Shown piece after piece: positions 1 through 10,896 of a stretch of DNA of 64,000 nt. The notes beneath the pieces are model-generated. The model was not told the DNA's origin. It worked only from the letters and a program-made list of their open reading frames with translations, and searched no databases. Each line of letters starts with the position of its first letter. Within the stretch, counting starts at the first letter, position 1. Source of the DNA: Perkinsus chesapeaki ATCC PRA-425 (lineage: Eukaryota > Protista > Perkinsozoa); NCBI GenBank assembly GCA_013115145.1, contig JAAPAO010000012.1, forward strand, positions 1 to 64,000, in the 5' to 3' direction. The position numbers and the translations under genes are program-made.

Positions 1-159
1 ATCTTAGAACCGTTACAGATATGACGGTTTCAGGCGAGCGATAAAGAAGTAGCGCTGTCCCTCGGACGGCACACCCTGTTGTAGTTTCGGTCGATGAAAC
101 CCAACAAAGAGCCTTATTGTTCATTTCTCTTCCTGTCGCAGTTCCCCTCTGATTTTATT

Positions 160-190
160 ATCTAACCCCTCTTTGAAAGAGGGGTTAGAT
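160..190. repeat. Perfect inverted repeat (15-bp arms, 1-nt loop)
   Basis: atctaacccctcttt-g-aaagaggggttagat; the arms are exact reverse complements. Confidence 0.9.
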
Positions 191-338
191 GATCTTTAAC
201 CTGCTGTGATAGTGCATGCGTACATCTGCATGCATGCACCAATCCCTCTCCTGAATGCAATATAAAGCGGAAACGGAAGGATTATCATCATACTATTATG
301 TTTAACGTTTGAGCGATGGGGTATAGGGATATCTAGTA

Positions 339-582
339 GTGATACTGGTGTCAACTGTGACCCTAGTAGTGATGCTGGNNNNNNNNNNNNNNNNNNNNNN
401 NNNNNNNNNNNNNNNNNNNNNNNNNNNNNNNNNNNNNNNNNNNNNNNNNNNNNNNNNNNNNNNNNNNNNNNNNNNNNGTGTCAACTGTGACCCTAGTAGT
501 GATACTGGTGTCAACTGTGACCCTAGTAGTGATACTGGTGTCAACTGTGACCCTAGTAGTGATACTGGTGTCAACTGTGACT
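339..582. repeat. 30-bp tandem repeat (minisatellite) spanning an assembly gap
   Basis: Unit ggtgtcaactgtgaccctagtagtgatact occurs on both sides of the N run (379-476). The true copy number is unknown. Confidence 0.95.
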
Positions 583-1005
583 TGTAATGGCTGCTAAACT
601 TTAACAAAACACTTGAGTATGAATGAGAATCTACAGTAGATACTCCCGTTGATATAGGACTGACGATGACTATGACAATACCAGATACAGACGTAGAACA
701 TACCATCGAAGGGCGGACAGAGCCATTCTGGTCAGGTATAGGTACCATGCTGTCTGCCTGTTGTAATGCAATAAGCAAGTTCCCAATATGTCTGCAGTTG
801 CAATAAGTTCCCAATGGAACGAGCTCCGAAAATCACGTTGAAGCAGTCGGAATCTGCATCATATTCCTGAGCCCTCATATTGTTTATAGAGAATTATTAT
901 TGAAAATGCACATGAAAAAATCAGCTGAGTGGCTCACGCTGAGCCTGTACTTACTGAAGGCTGTGCTAGGGAGCGGACTGACAATGTCGCTGACGCAGGC
1001 ACGGC

Positions 1006-1404
1006 CTACTTGCAGCTCGAACTGCGATAGGAAGGGGGAGCAGGGAGGTTAGTTATGCCGGTACAAGCCTCTAGGGCTTTGGTACATCCCTTTGAGTTGA
1101 GGCAATTTTGACACCCTTGATCGCTGGGCTTACCGAAAATTGCACACTTCCAAGCACAGGATCCGCCACATGAAGTCGATTGCCCAAAGCATGCAGCACA
1201 ACCAGGAGAAATACCGCAACCATTCTGAACGCACGTGGAAGTGCGAGAGCCTGAACCCCAGGTCTTGTAACTGCAGTCGTAGACAAACTCGTTGAACTTG
1301 CCACTATTCTGGATAACATTGACATCACTTGGTGTACACTTGCCGTCGGCCAGGGCCATACCAAGAACGCCAATAAGGAGAATTGAGAGAGGAGAGATGG
1401 ACAT
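1006..1404 (-). CDS. Small secreted cysteine-rich protein (132 aa, 14 Cys), intronless
   Basis: The ATG at 1404 gives MSISPLSILLIGVLGMALA (signal-peptide-like), followed by a mature region with 14 Cys. The ORF track's upstream 92 codons look non-coding. Confidence 0.8.
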   Translation of the reverse strand: MSISPLSILLIGVLGMALADGKCTPSDVNVIQNSGKFNEFVYDCSYKTWGSGSRTSTCVQNGCGISPGCAACFGQSTSCGGSCAWKCAIFGKPSDQGCQNCLNSKGCTKALEACTGITNLPAPPSYRSSSCK

Positions 1405-2677
1405 TTGTGACAATATTTCCCTAATAACGAATACGGATGAAATCCTTCCCTCAACCCAGGTACTGCTCTTATAAGTATGTTGCTCATTCTCGGTAATTGA
1501 GACGGTAATGCAAAGCCAAAATATGCGCGAGCCCAAAACTCTTTCGTGGCGCGGCGCAGCGCTCCGAGGGATCAGACAACCTCTACCTGGTGCCACCAGG
1601 CTGGTGGTAGTCCATGGCAAATAGGGACTGCTGGGATCGATTCCTGCAACGAGCGTGGGGGGGGAATAGTTACTCAGCATTTGTTGCTGTCGACCGTCCC
1701 AAATTTCATTCTCTCGGAATATTCAGCAAAGTAGACAAGAGAGACAGCGAACGATATTGAAGTCTCGTGTGTGAATTAATCATGATAGGTCTGAGACCTA
1801 AAGTCTCAGGTTAATTAACCACACATCAGCCTGTACAGAGACAGATAAACTAACCATTGGCCGAGTGATAACCGTTCAACAAACGGTTATGGATTCGTCG
1901 GGTTCTCGAATTCTCTCGCCTTACCGATTGCGCCCTCTCCGTCCCAGGGGGGACATCTCCCACAATGCAATACCACTTTCCAGGAGAACGAGCAAGGGAA
2001 AGCATGCCTACTTGCAACTATCCTGGAACGGCCAAGTCCTTCTTGTACCCCGGTTTACGAGCCAGAATAGAGCACAGGGTAGGGGCTGTTGAGAATCGGG
2101 AGACAATAGAGAAATGCGCCCGCCTATTTACTCCGTCTTTGGTGCGGAAGCAGCAACGGCAGAAAATGAGACTATTGCGGGTTTCCACACCACAGGATGG
2201 TTTTGATAGCCATGCGCTGGCCACGGCTACTCGAGTTAACGCCTCCCGCCGCGGAAGTTCCGCGGACCACCAAGCCTGGGTCTACGGGGTAGAATCCAAG
2301 CTGTTCATCTGCAAGCTACTAGTATAATGGGCGAAAGAGCTTGACTGAAAGAAACGACCAGCGCAGGACTATGCTGAGAATGCTGATCATGATGCAAGCT
2401 CATATATCCCCGCGATGTCTCGGGATTCCTCAACGTAACCGATCGCGCTGACACTGCCGCAGTGTCAGTGACAGTCACTGCGACTACAAAGCCAACCAGA
2501 TACTGCGGTAGTGATCGGTGTGATTGGCTTTGTTTACTGTGACCGCTTAGAAGTAACTTGAGGTTCACGCTGCCCACATGTTTGCTCTACCAATGCTAGC
2601 CCAGCATCGCTGGGTACAGGGTAACTCAAAAACTAGGTGATGAAGGAGAAAATTTAGACTCATTTTCAAAGGCCGTT

Positions 2678-3667
2678 TCACGGAACCATTTGCTCTTTCA
2701 GCAATGATACATAGCTTCGAGCAAAGTTACTTACAAAAAGTTGAATGGTGGCTACTGGGACGTAATCATCCAAATGCTCGTCATCGAGTGTCATGAGCTC
2801 CATTCTTTCCGACACTTCTTGGAGTAGATCAAGAAAGCCTGAAGAATGTCATCATTAAGGTGCTCCTCAAGCGATGTGCTCACCCTGCTGGTCTCGGAAG
2901 TCTCCAACGTGATACTGCTGGAGGAATGTATGGAGATGGTATACAGCATCACGAGTCATGAATCTAACATGGACACATAACCTACCGATTAGAAGCGATT
3001 TGAGCTGGAGTACTTGACGCCTGGATACGCCGAGAACGTCGTGGTTTTCTCTCCCTGTGAGACCAGATGGCAGAGCCAGTCCGAGAACCGGTTATACTCA
3101 TTTGATGCGAATACCTCAAAACAAAGATAAAGTGGAGATCCTCTCGTGAGGTCGAGTACATCATGGTACATATCCATAACGCAGTGCGCCTGGAGGTACT
3201 CCTTGAAGTCGTGGCTGCCGTACGTCCGAAACAAGTCATTGCAGTAACTGATCAGCGCGCGGGGGGACGTTCAACGGTTCAAGACTGGAGACGCACTCGG
3301 CGAATGATATAAGTTCTGTAGCATCAATAACACCATCACGCTTGGAATCCATCTTCCATAGTATCTGAGTCAAGCACGAGTTCCCAACATGTAAAACTCC
3401 GTATGTCCACCGCCATATGGCCAAAGTTGATAGTCACGTCCTCTGGCGCCCGAAGATTGCGTATCTCATTGAGGTAAATAAATTGCCTCTCAGACGCCTT
3501 TTTGTCGGTCGAGCAACCGTCATTGACATCCTGAGCACGTAGCTGTATAATGTCACAGTGGCGCAGCGGCTCACGTCGCCAGGGTCAGTGGTGAGTGTCA
3601 CCGATGATAAGGGATTAGATTCTGCTTTAACTCGTTCGAATTCTCCCAAGATGTACCTAGCACTCAT
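2678..3667 (-). CDS. Multi-exon hypothetical protein with one EF-hand-like loop
   Basis: Exons MSARYILGEFER..., KMDSKRDGVIDATELISF (EF-hand-like loop), ...FRTYGSHDFKEYLQAH..., FMTRDAVYHLHTFLQQY, FLDLLQEVSERMEL...EQMVP*, joined by short GT-AG introns. Confidence 0.6.
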
Positions 3668-3842
3668 AAGCGCGCCTTGCCTCCACAAGGCCTCACTTGC
3701 CCACTGGAGTGTCGGCGACGCTACTGCCGTTGGCCCCCATTAACCTTTCGCTTACAATTGCACGTCTGTTGCTCATATGACTTCAAACGCGACAACAAGA
3801 TCAATGAAAGGGAACGTTCTCGATCATCATGGTATGTTCCAA

Positions 3843-6800
3843 CTATGAACTTTGGATCACTTCATCAGACACATTGCCCCTCACAAGCAAAACTTTTTCT
3901 AATCCATCACAGAATAGTTCCACCAGTTGCATGTACGCTAGAGATCCCTCATCTGAGAGTTCAATCTACAGCGACTCCGCTGCTCAGCGTCTCCAGCACC
4001 TTTGGGCACATCGAAGAGGTTGGTGATGATCATACCGGCCCCCGAGCTGTGGAGGACCATTTGACGGTTCACCACTTCGATCCGTGCAATGTTCTCCTGG
4101 CAAGCAGGTCTCGTGCCTGAAGACTGCAGTGCTATCAGTTGACGTGTTCGCCGTACTTTCCAGCCTGTCAGCGCTTAGTGTGTATGTGTGGTCAGCTTGT
4201 CTTTGCTTGTGTGAGTTAAGTGGAGCCTAGATGCTCCCACTAGCCTCGATTGCATTACCGAAAGATACCCACCTTCCCATTCGATCGTCGTAGAAGTGAT
4301 CCTAAGGGCAAGAGTCACACAGTAGAGGCAAGACGGCAACATACCAACGAGTCTATCGATCAACGCTATTCAAGAGAACTTACTCTGCATGTTTGCTATG
4401 GCTCCAGGAGCACCACCAGCCCGGGCCTGTACAAGAACAAAGGGACATTCCTGCGGCTGCTAAGCGCTGAAGTAGACTGTACCTTATGCGAACGTCGCAG
4501 CACACTGGGAGATGCGCCAAATCCTGAGCCACGATTCAGCCAACTAGACTTAAACCGAAACCTACGGGTTCTCCCAGACTTCGGAGATACCGCCTCAATG
4601 GCTTGGTCGGAAACCTGACTCAACGATTATCCTCCATCATTCAAAGCTTCCACCATGTTGACGGTGTGCCCGGTGGATGGAAATATTTCCTCTGTGCCAT
4701 CGCATTCCTCCTCATCGAGGTCAACGTCTCTCTCCGTTAAGTTTGATGGCTTCCTTATCGGACTATACTTTGGGGACCCAGCCTAGAAATCACACAGTTG
4801 GATTCCTGACAGCGATGGCCCCCGACTGTGCGTGCCGCTCTAAATTCATTTGCAAGATCTTCAAACTCAAGCTCGATATCCTCCATCACTAGCCTGCTTC
4901 TTGGATGTCGACGCTGATGTCACAACCATGCGGGAGTGTCGCGACCTCCCGCAACCCGGAGCTGACGTGCCACTTACCCCGAGTGAAGTTGATGATATAT
5001 TGCTCAAGTCGGGAAGTGCCAATGACCGTCGAAGTGTGTCTCCCTAGAAGGAATGAGCCTCCTCGAGCTCTTATGCGCCGCTGAACCTTACGGCATGGGA
5101 AACTCTGACGCTAGCCTGTGACGCCCACTGTGCGCTCTCGAACTCGACCTGCTCCGAGAAGACCTCGTGAAGCCGGTTTGTCTTCCTACATTGATGACTT
5201 GAACCTCAGAGATGAAATCGTCGAGCCTGTGATGGGTAAGCCACTCTTGGATAGTTAACTTCACTGCGCCCAAATCAGCCTCGGCTTCTTGCTCAGTGAG
5301 GCTGTCTACTATATGAAATACTCTGGCCATAAAATAGTAGCATCATCTCTTCAAGCGTTGCCAACTTGCCTTATACTGCAGTCTCGCCAAATTGGGTGCT
5401 TCCGGAACAAATAGGCTAGCATAATTCCCCATCCTCCGTCGCCTATGTTCCACCACACATCAATGGTTGTCCCAGAAGCCTGCGAGGACCAAGGCGGAAT
5501 CATTCTAATGTAGATGCCGACGGCTACCTGCTTTTCACATAGCGAGGAGCTTCCAAAGTTCTTGGCCAAGATGACTGTCTTCTGTAGGACGGCACAGTTG
5601 AGCATGAACTGCATAAATGTGTACCTGTAGAACATTCGGGCCTCTTCCTGTGAAGGCTCCGAACTAATCTAGGGGGTGACACGGGTGGAGTATGATTCAA
5701 GAGACCTCGTTGGAGATTCGCTCACGTCTGAATGTGATAGTACGGCGTTAAACGGGTTGAGATGTGAACTGATTCCACCCGGTATGGCCCTTGGAGGGCG
5801 GGGTCTACCGAGTCTGCTTATCAACTAGCCATAGCAAAGGCCAGCTTGCCATCACCGCATTAGGTTCGAAGGCTCCAAGGCCAGATGTCTGCAGGAGACA
5901 CTGCAACCCGACGGAGCGACACCCTGGGCTGCAATGGAGGACCTGCGATTTAATGCCGGCAAGGGGGAATAAGAAGAGATGATCAGCTACTTGAGCAAAG
6001 CCATGTATACCTATCTCGTTGAGACCTTGCTGGACTATACTGCTCCAATCGGGCCTGAGAAGGCCGAAGTCGTACTCCTACTGGAGTTCGAGATCTCACG
6101 GTATTGTGTGGTCGTCCTTGATAATAGGCCCGGTCGACGGGGAGAGCTGAGATGACTCCACAATGGCACCAACGATGAACATGCCACGACCGTACTTGAG
6201 CTGATACGGAACAAAGTCCAAGTCGAATGATTGCTCACAAGCATACCTGGTTGGCAAGGTGTACCAACTGAATGTGGTGCAGCTCTATGGCAGCTCCCTC
6301 CTGTCCGGCATCAGTGTGATCTACCGTAACACCAGTAAGGACTAGGAGCTGAGACCAAGTGCCAGGAGAAAGGTCAGCTGCACTTGGCGCACTTGCGGCC
6401 TCCAGGCCCTGCTGTTCGATGTGTCACTATTCATCCATCTGAGCGTATTGCGGGCTATTCTATACCGGAGCCCTTGGAGCACGTCCCCGCCGCTGGTGTT
6501 CTGGGCATTATGGGAGGCGAGCCTGAAGTTAGGGTAGACGGCGGCCTGGGCTGAGGGCAGCTTACATGAACACGCAGCCGGCGAAGGCAAACGCGATCAC
6601 GGCAGCTAGCCACGAGATTGCTATCATCAAAACGATGCATTGAACCTGTGGGATGATGAGATGATGCTAAGAGCCAATGGTCGTGGCGGAGCCAATTGAC
6701 GGTGCAACTTGAAAACTATGTAGTAGGGCGCTTCTAGCTCATACACTGGTATGGAGATACATTCGCTCAAGTGCTGCCACAGGGGAAAGAATGCCTACAG

Positions 6801-9188
6801 CGCCAACCAGGGAAATCGTCCAGTGATAATATCGAAATGTTGGCCTCCAATCCGGATCACCAAGCAGGTGCAACAGGCAGCAACCTGAGGAGGTACGGTA
6901 GACCGATTATCAAGTGAAAGCTGACTTATATTGACACAGAGATAACACATCAGAAAGCACATTGTGAGGATGGGAGCTATGGCGTTGATCTCGCCGATAA
7001 GGATCGCGCACGTGCCTGGACAGGAGATAGTCAGAAGTGAATTCAAGGGCCCTACAAATGAAGGTAGCTAAGAGGAGAGATGGGTATGGTTCTTTGCCAT
7101 CTCGCTGGCGGAAGGCATTCAGTACGGGAGCGAGCATCCCTGAACTTTGACACTAGCGGACTCTGTCAATCAGGGGATCACCGTCTGTGGCTATTGCAGT
7201 GAGAAGGCGAGTCGCAGAAGTTAATGACTGGAGGGCGGCGCCTAGGGAGCCTGAAGGGAAGCTGGCTGCAACGAAACTAAGTAGCTTGCTCACTGGCCAG
7301 CACGCCGTACACAACGACCTCCCGGACCGGCCAAGCGCTAGTGCCTGCTGGGCATGAAAATGCGCAACGGAACTCCCGTTACTTGCGAAGAAGCGATCGT
7401 GCAGGAGGAGACTTCGACTGGCTGATGAGCCAAAGAGAAAGCAGAATGCGAGGTAAATTATGGAAGTGCCTGCGAAGGCAGAGGCTCTCTGGGGAGATAT
7501 GGCGCCATACAAGCCGCTGAATACTGATCTGGGCGAAAAGGGTTCCGACTGGTATGGACTTCTTGGGATCTTTTAACTCACTGCTCCGATTACTTCCCGC
7601 CATGATACCAGTGCCTGCCGAATGCTAAGTAAGCGAACAATAAATAGCTGGTTGAAGTACATGCCGGAAACCAAAGGGCAACAATGGCAAAGAAGTTCCA
7701 AGAGTTGCCGCTGTCCAGAGGGAAAGCAGTTTGAAAGGCCTCGTAGTCGGGCGAAACGTTGTCATTGTAGTGTCTAAACAGGCAATGCCAATGCTAAGTA
7801 GGCAAGCTTAACTACTTGCTTGATACACCAGTGAAGCCTTCCTCGATTACCCAGGTGTGGTTGAGAACAGTACCTTAGAAGAATGAGTGTCGTGAGTAGA
7901 ACCAACTCATAGGACCACAAAGGATATAAATTGGTAATACAACCAGGAGCTATCGCTGAGGCTAGAGAAAGTATGAACGACACAAGAAGCAGTGAAGTGG
8001 TGGATTGGGGCCGACCTTGCAACTCGGGAGTGACCGCGGCAGCATTTTCGGGGTCTTCCAAATACGCTAAGTTGATCTCGCTGGTCAGACCAGTGGGGCC
8101 AATGAAGCATCCGAGGGCCATGCCTTTGAGAACAATAAATTAAGTAGGCGGTGGTCATCGAGACGTTACAGAGGATAACAAAGATGACAATGGCCAGGAA
8201 AAATGTGGCGGCTCTGAGGAGGACAGTGATGACCGGATGGAGGCCTGCTCACTTGGAGACGTATTTCAGACCGCCGCCGACCACCATGGTTGATGCTGCC
8301 AGGACGATGAGGCCCACAATTCTAACATTGGAGACAGAACCTAAAGAAGTGGTACACAGACGGAACAGCTCCATACGATAACTCACCAACATCGGCTGGC
8401 TGAGCTCGGGGTGCTGCCGTCTCGAAGGCCTCCACGGTACCTAGAGCGGGATGCTGACTGCTGTCCAGCTGTCGGTGGTCTACCGATAATATACATAGCG
8501 GCACCGATGCCATTAGCCAGAAAGAAATTGAGACCGACTGCAGAGCCAATTGCCGGGCCGAGAGACCGACTGAAAAGAAGTGCAGGCGCAGCCTTAGATT
8601 TGAGTGGCTGACGAAATCAGATAGTAGCTGCCGCCGGCCTTGACTTTGCCGTTGGTGGCCACTGCTGACAGCGAGAGACTTGTGATGAACGTACCTGCGA
8701 TTGGAAAGTTCCTAAGATGGGATAAGGGTAAATCTGACAGATGCAGCCTAAGAGGACGGCGCCAAAGCTCTGCCATATGCCGGCCAATCCGACCAGCCAG
8801 GGTAGTCGCAAGAAGAGGAGCACCCCGAGAATGTTGGCCATGCATGGGAGGACCTGCTTGCTTCATACCGCTGTTGGTCCAAAGTAGCAGATCAATGGCG
8901 CCCACCACTCCTTGAATAGTTCCCTGCTTTGTCACTTGGCACTTTTCATCTGTGATGTCCTGAAGTAAGCCGTAGTGTGAATTGGTAACAATTGAGTCTC
9001 ACTGGCGAAGGGTTCTCAGGTTGCTGGTTGAAGACCACAAAGCCCTTATCCTTCGTTTCCATCGGCCGTGGGTCCGTGCTAGTTGGAGGCTCCATGGGTG
9101 CAATAAAGGCTAAGATACATTCCGCACAGGAGAGGTCAGTGTGCACGATAGGATATAGGCGGCTGCTGCTGGCTGGAACCGTAGCCAT
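3843..9188 (-). CDS. SLC12: Cation-chloride cotransporter (SLC12/KCC-like), many exons
   Basis: Family motifs appear in the expected order: [89 protein letters not shown] and the terminal [20 protein letters not shown]. The start is at 9188 or 9095. Confidence 0.9.
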
Positions 9189-9384
9189 GCAAATGGCCAA
9201 CAGCTTTGAATCGTTCACTACTTCACTGCTAGACCAACCTATCATTCAGGTCGAGTAAAGGTAAAGTAGAATGCGCGGCGGCATGCCATGTCACTGTATC
9301 TAGCGGGCCTACTACTGTATGGCCGTTGGAGTGCATCCACACCAACTAACTACGACAGGGTATCAGTTCCTTCCATTGACAAAC

Positions 9385-10635
9385 TCAATAGTAAAGCCAA
9401 CTGTTTGTGTATCTTGCATTGCTGCCGTCGTCTCTACAGTGAGCGGCTTTAAATGTTATACTTCGACCTCTACGTTGATGACCTAGCAGCATTCATCTTA
9501 GCTTGTTGCTCTTGCATCTCCTCCACCGCCTTCGCAGCCAGCTGGACAGCCTTGGCCATGGCGCTCTCTGTCAGCTCCGATTCTGCACCGCAGTCGCCAA
9601 AGGTGGTACCAAAATCCAAAGTCGGTCTGACAAACGTAACGGCTTGCTCCAAGCTGCCTTGCCTTACTGCTCATATGTGGGAAAATAGTCCGGAAATTCG
9701 CGCAATTTTCCCCAGAGAGTCCTATCGCCCTCCATATGGTTATACCCACTACGGAGGCGCCACGCCTTAATTGCGTACAGAAGCCTTACTCGCCCCCATC
9801 AGGTATGCCTATTCGACGCCGCCGAGCAATCTGCGCCTTCAAATTCACCACCTCTGCGTGGACCAGTAGAATCTACCGCACAATACCAAGCCTTGGAGCT
9901 CTCATAGCGCTGGCACCTTCTCCGAAAGGAGCTCACAATCCAATCTCACTAACTCCTTTTGAAGGCCTGTCAGCGTGGCCTCGACGCCATCGCCTGGCGT
10001 GTTGATAATCGGCCTGAGCCGGAGATCTCCCAGGCATCCGCTACCGCCCCGCCCTACCCTCTGGGCGGCGTTCCTGGGGGCTGGGTGTCCCGGAAATTAG
10101 GATGCACCAATGCTGTCGGTGACAAACTGTAAGTGCCATTAGGACCTACTCGATAGTAAAAGCATCCAAGCCAAGCGACCCCTCCTACCCTGGACGGTGT
10201 TGTCGTGGTCTTGCCACGGCAGAAACTCCGAGTACCGCGGCCAGTGCTTCTGCGACCACAGAACATATTCGTTCGCCAGCTTCATCAGCGGCGGAGGGAC
10301 CTTCTGGCGTATAAAGCCGACCTCTTGGTGCTCGTCGAGCAGCTTCCTGGCCTTCGAAATCATCTGGTCAAGTTTCTTCCGTATCTGGGCGGCAGTCTTG
10401 GGCACCGCCTTCGGGTTCAGGCCCGACATAGCCGCAGCTATGTTCTGGTAGAGCTGGTCTCGCAGAGCTGGAGAACAAGTTAATCACGTCCACTTGCGCC
10501 GATCTTACCGACGCTGCCCTCCTCCCGTGACCGCATAATCTCCCTATTCTCGATGGCCATGTCCACCAGCAGCCGCGTCTCTGCATCGGAGAAGTGCTGC
10601 CGTGTTGGGCGAACCAGCGGGTTCACAGCCGACAT
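9385..10635 (-). CDS. Myb/SANT-like (trihelix/MADF-type) DNA-binding protein
   Basis: MSAVNPLVRPTRQHFSDAETRLLVDMAIENREIM...LRDQLYQNIAAAMSGLNPKAVPKTAAQIRKKLDQMISKARK matches the Myb/SANT-like pattern. The 3' end is approximate. Confidence 0.65.
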
Positions 10636-10896
10636 GCCTCTCGATCCTGCTGAGTCCACCTACTCAAATGACAGCTTCAATCGATCTCAGCTCCAATGGC
10701 CTACTCCGGTCATGGCACCAACGTTCATGGGCACCACTGAGGCCTCATCGACGTAGACAACTCCGTCCATCGGAGGTATCAGACCGGACGGGGCCGACGA
10801 CATAAATTGGCATCACTAAAGCGGCTTCGGTAACATCGACTTCAACAAAATCCATCATGGTAAGAAACAGTGATGCAAGTACACAGTAGGACAATA

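Noticed and set aside
339-582. Repeat array as a possible CRISPR
   Set aside because: The units are contiguous with no unique spacers, there are no cas genes, and the context is eukaryotic.
1865-2577. ORFs of 68-120 aa between the Cys-rich and EF-hand genes
   Set aside because: They overlap on both strands with no recognisable motif or consistent splice chain.
9178-9188. ACCGTAGCCAT, matching the 5' half of the dinoflagellate/Perkinsus spliced leader
   Set aside because: The match stops after 11 nt (no TTGGCTCAAG) and is simply the antisense of the ATG GCT ACG GT codons at the candidate SLC12 start.
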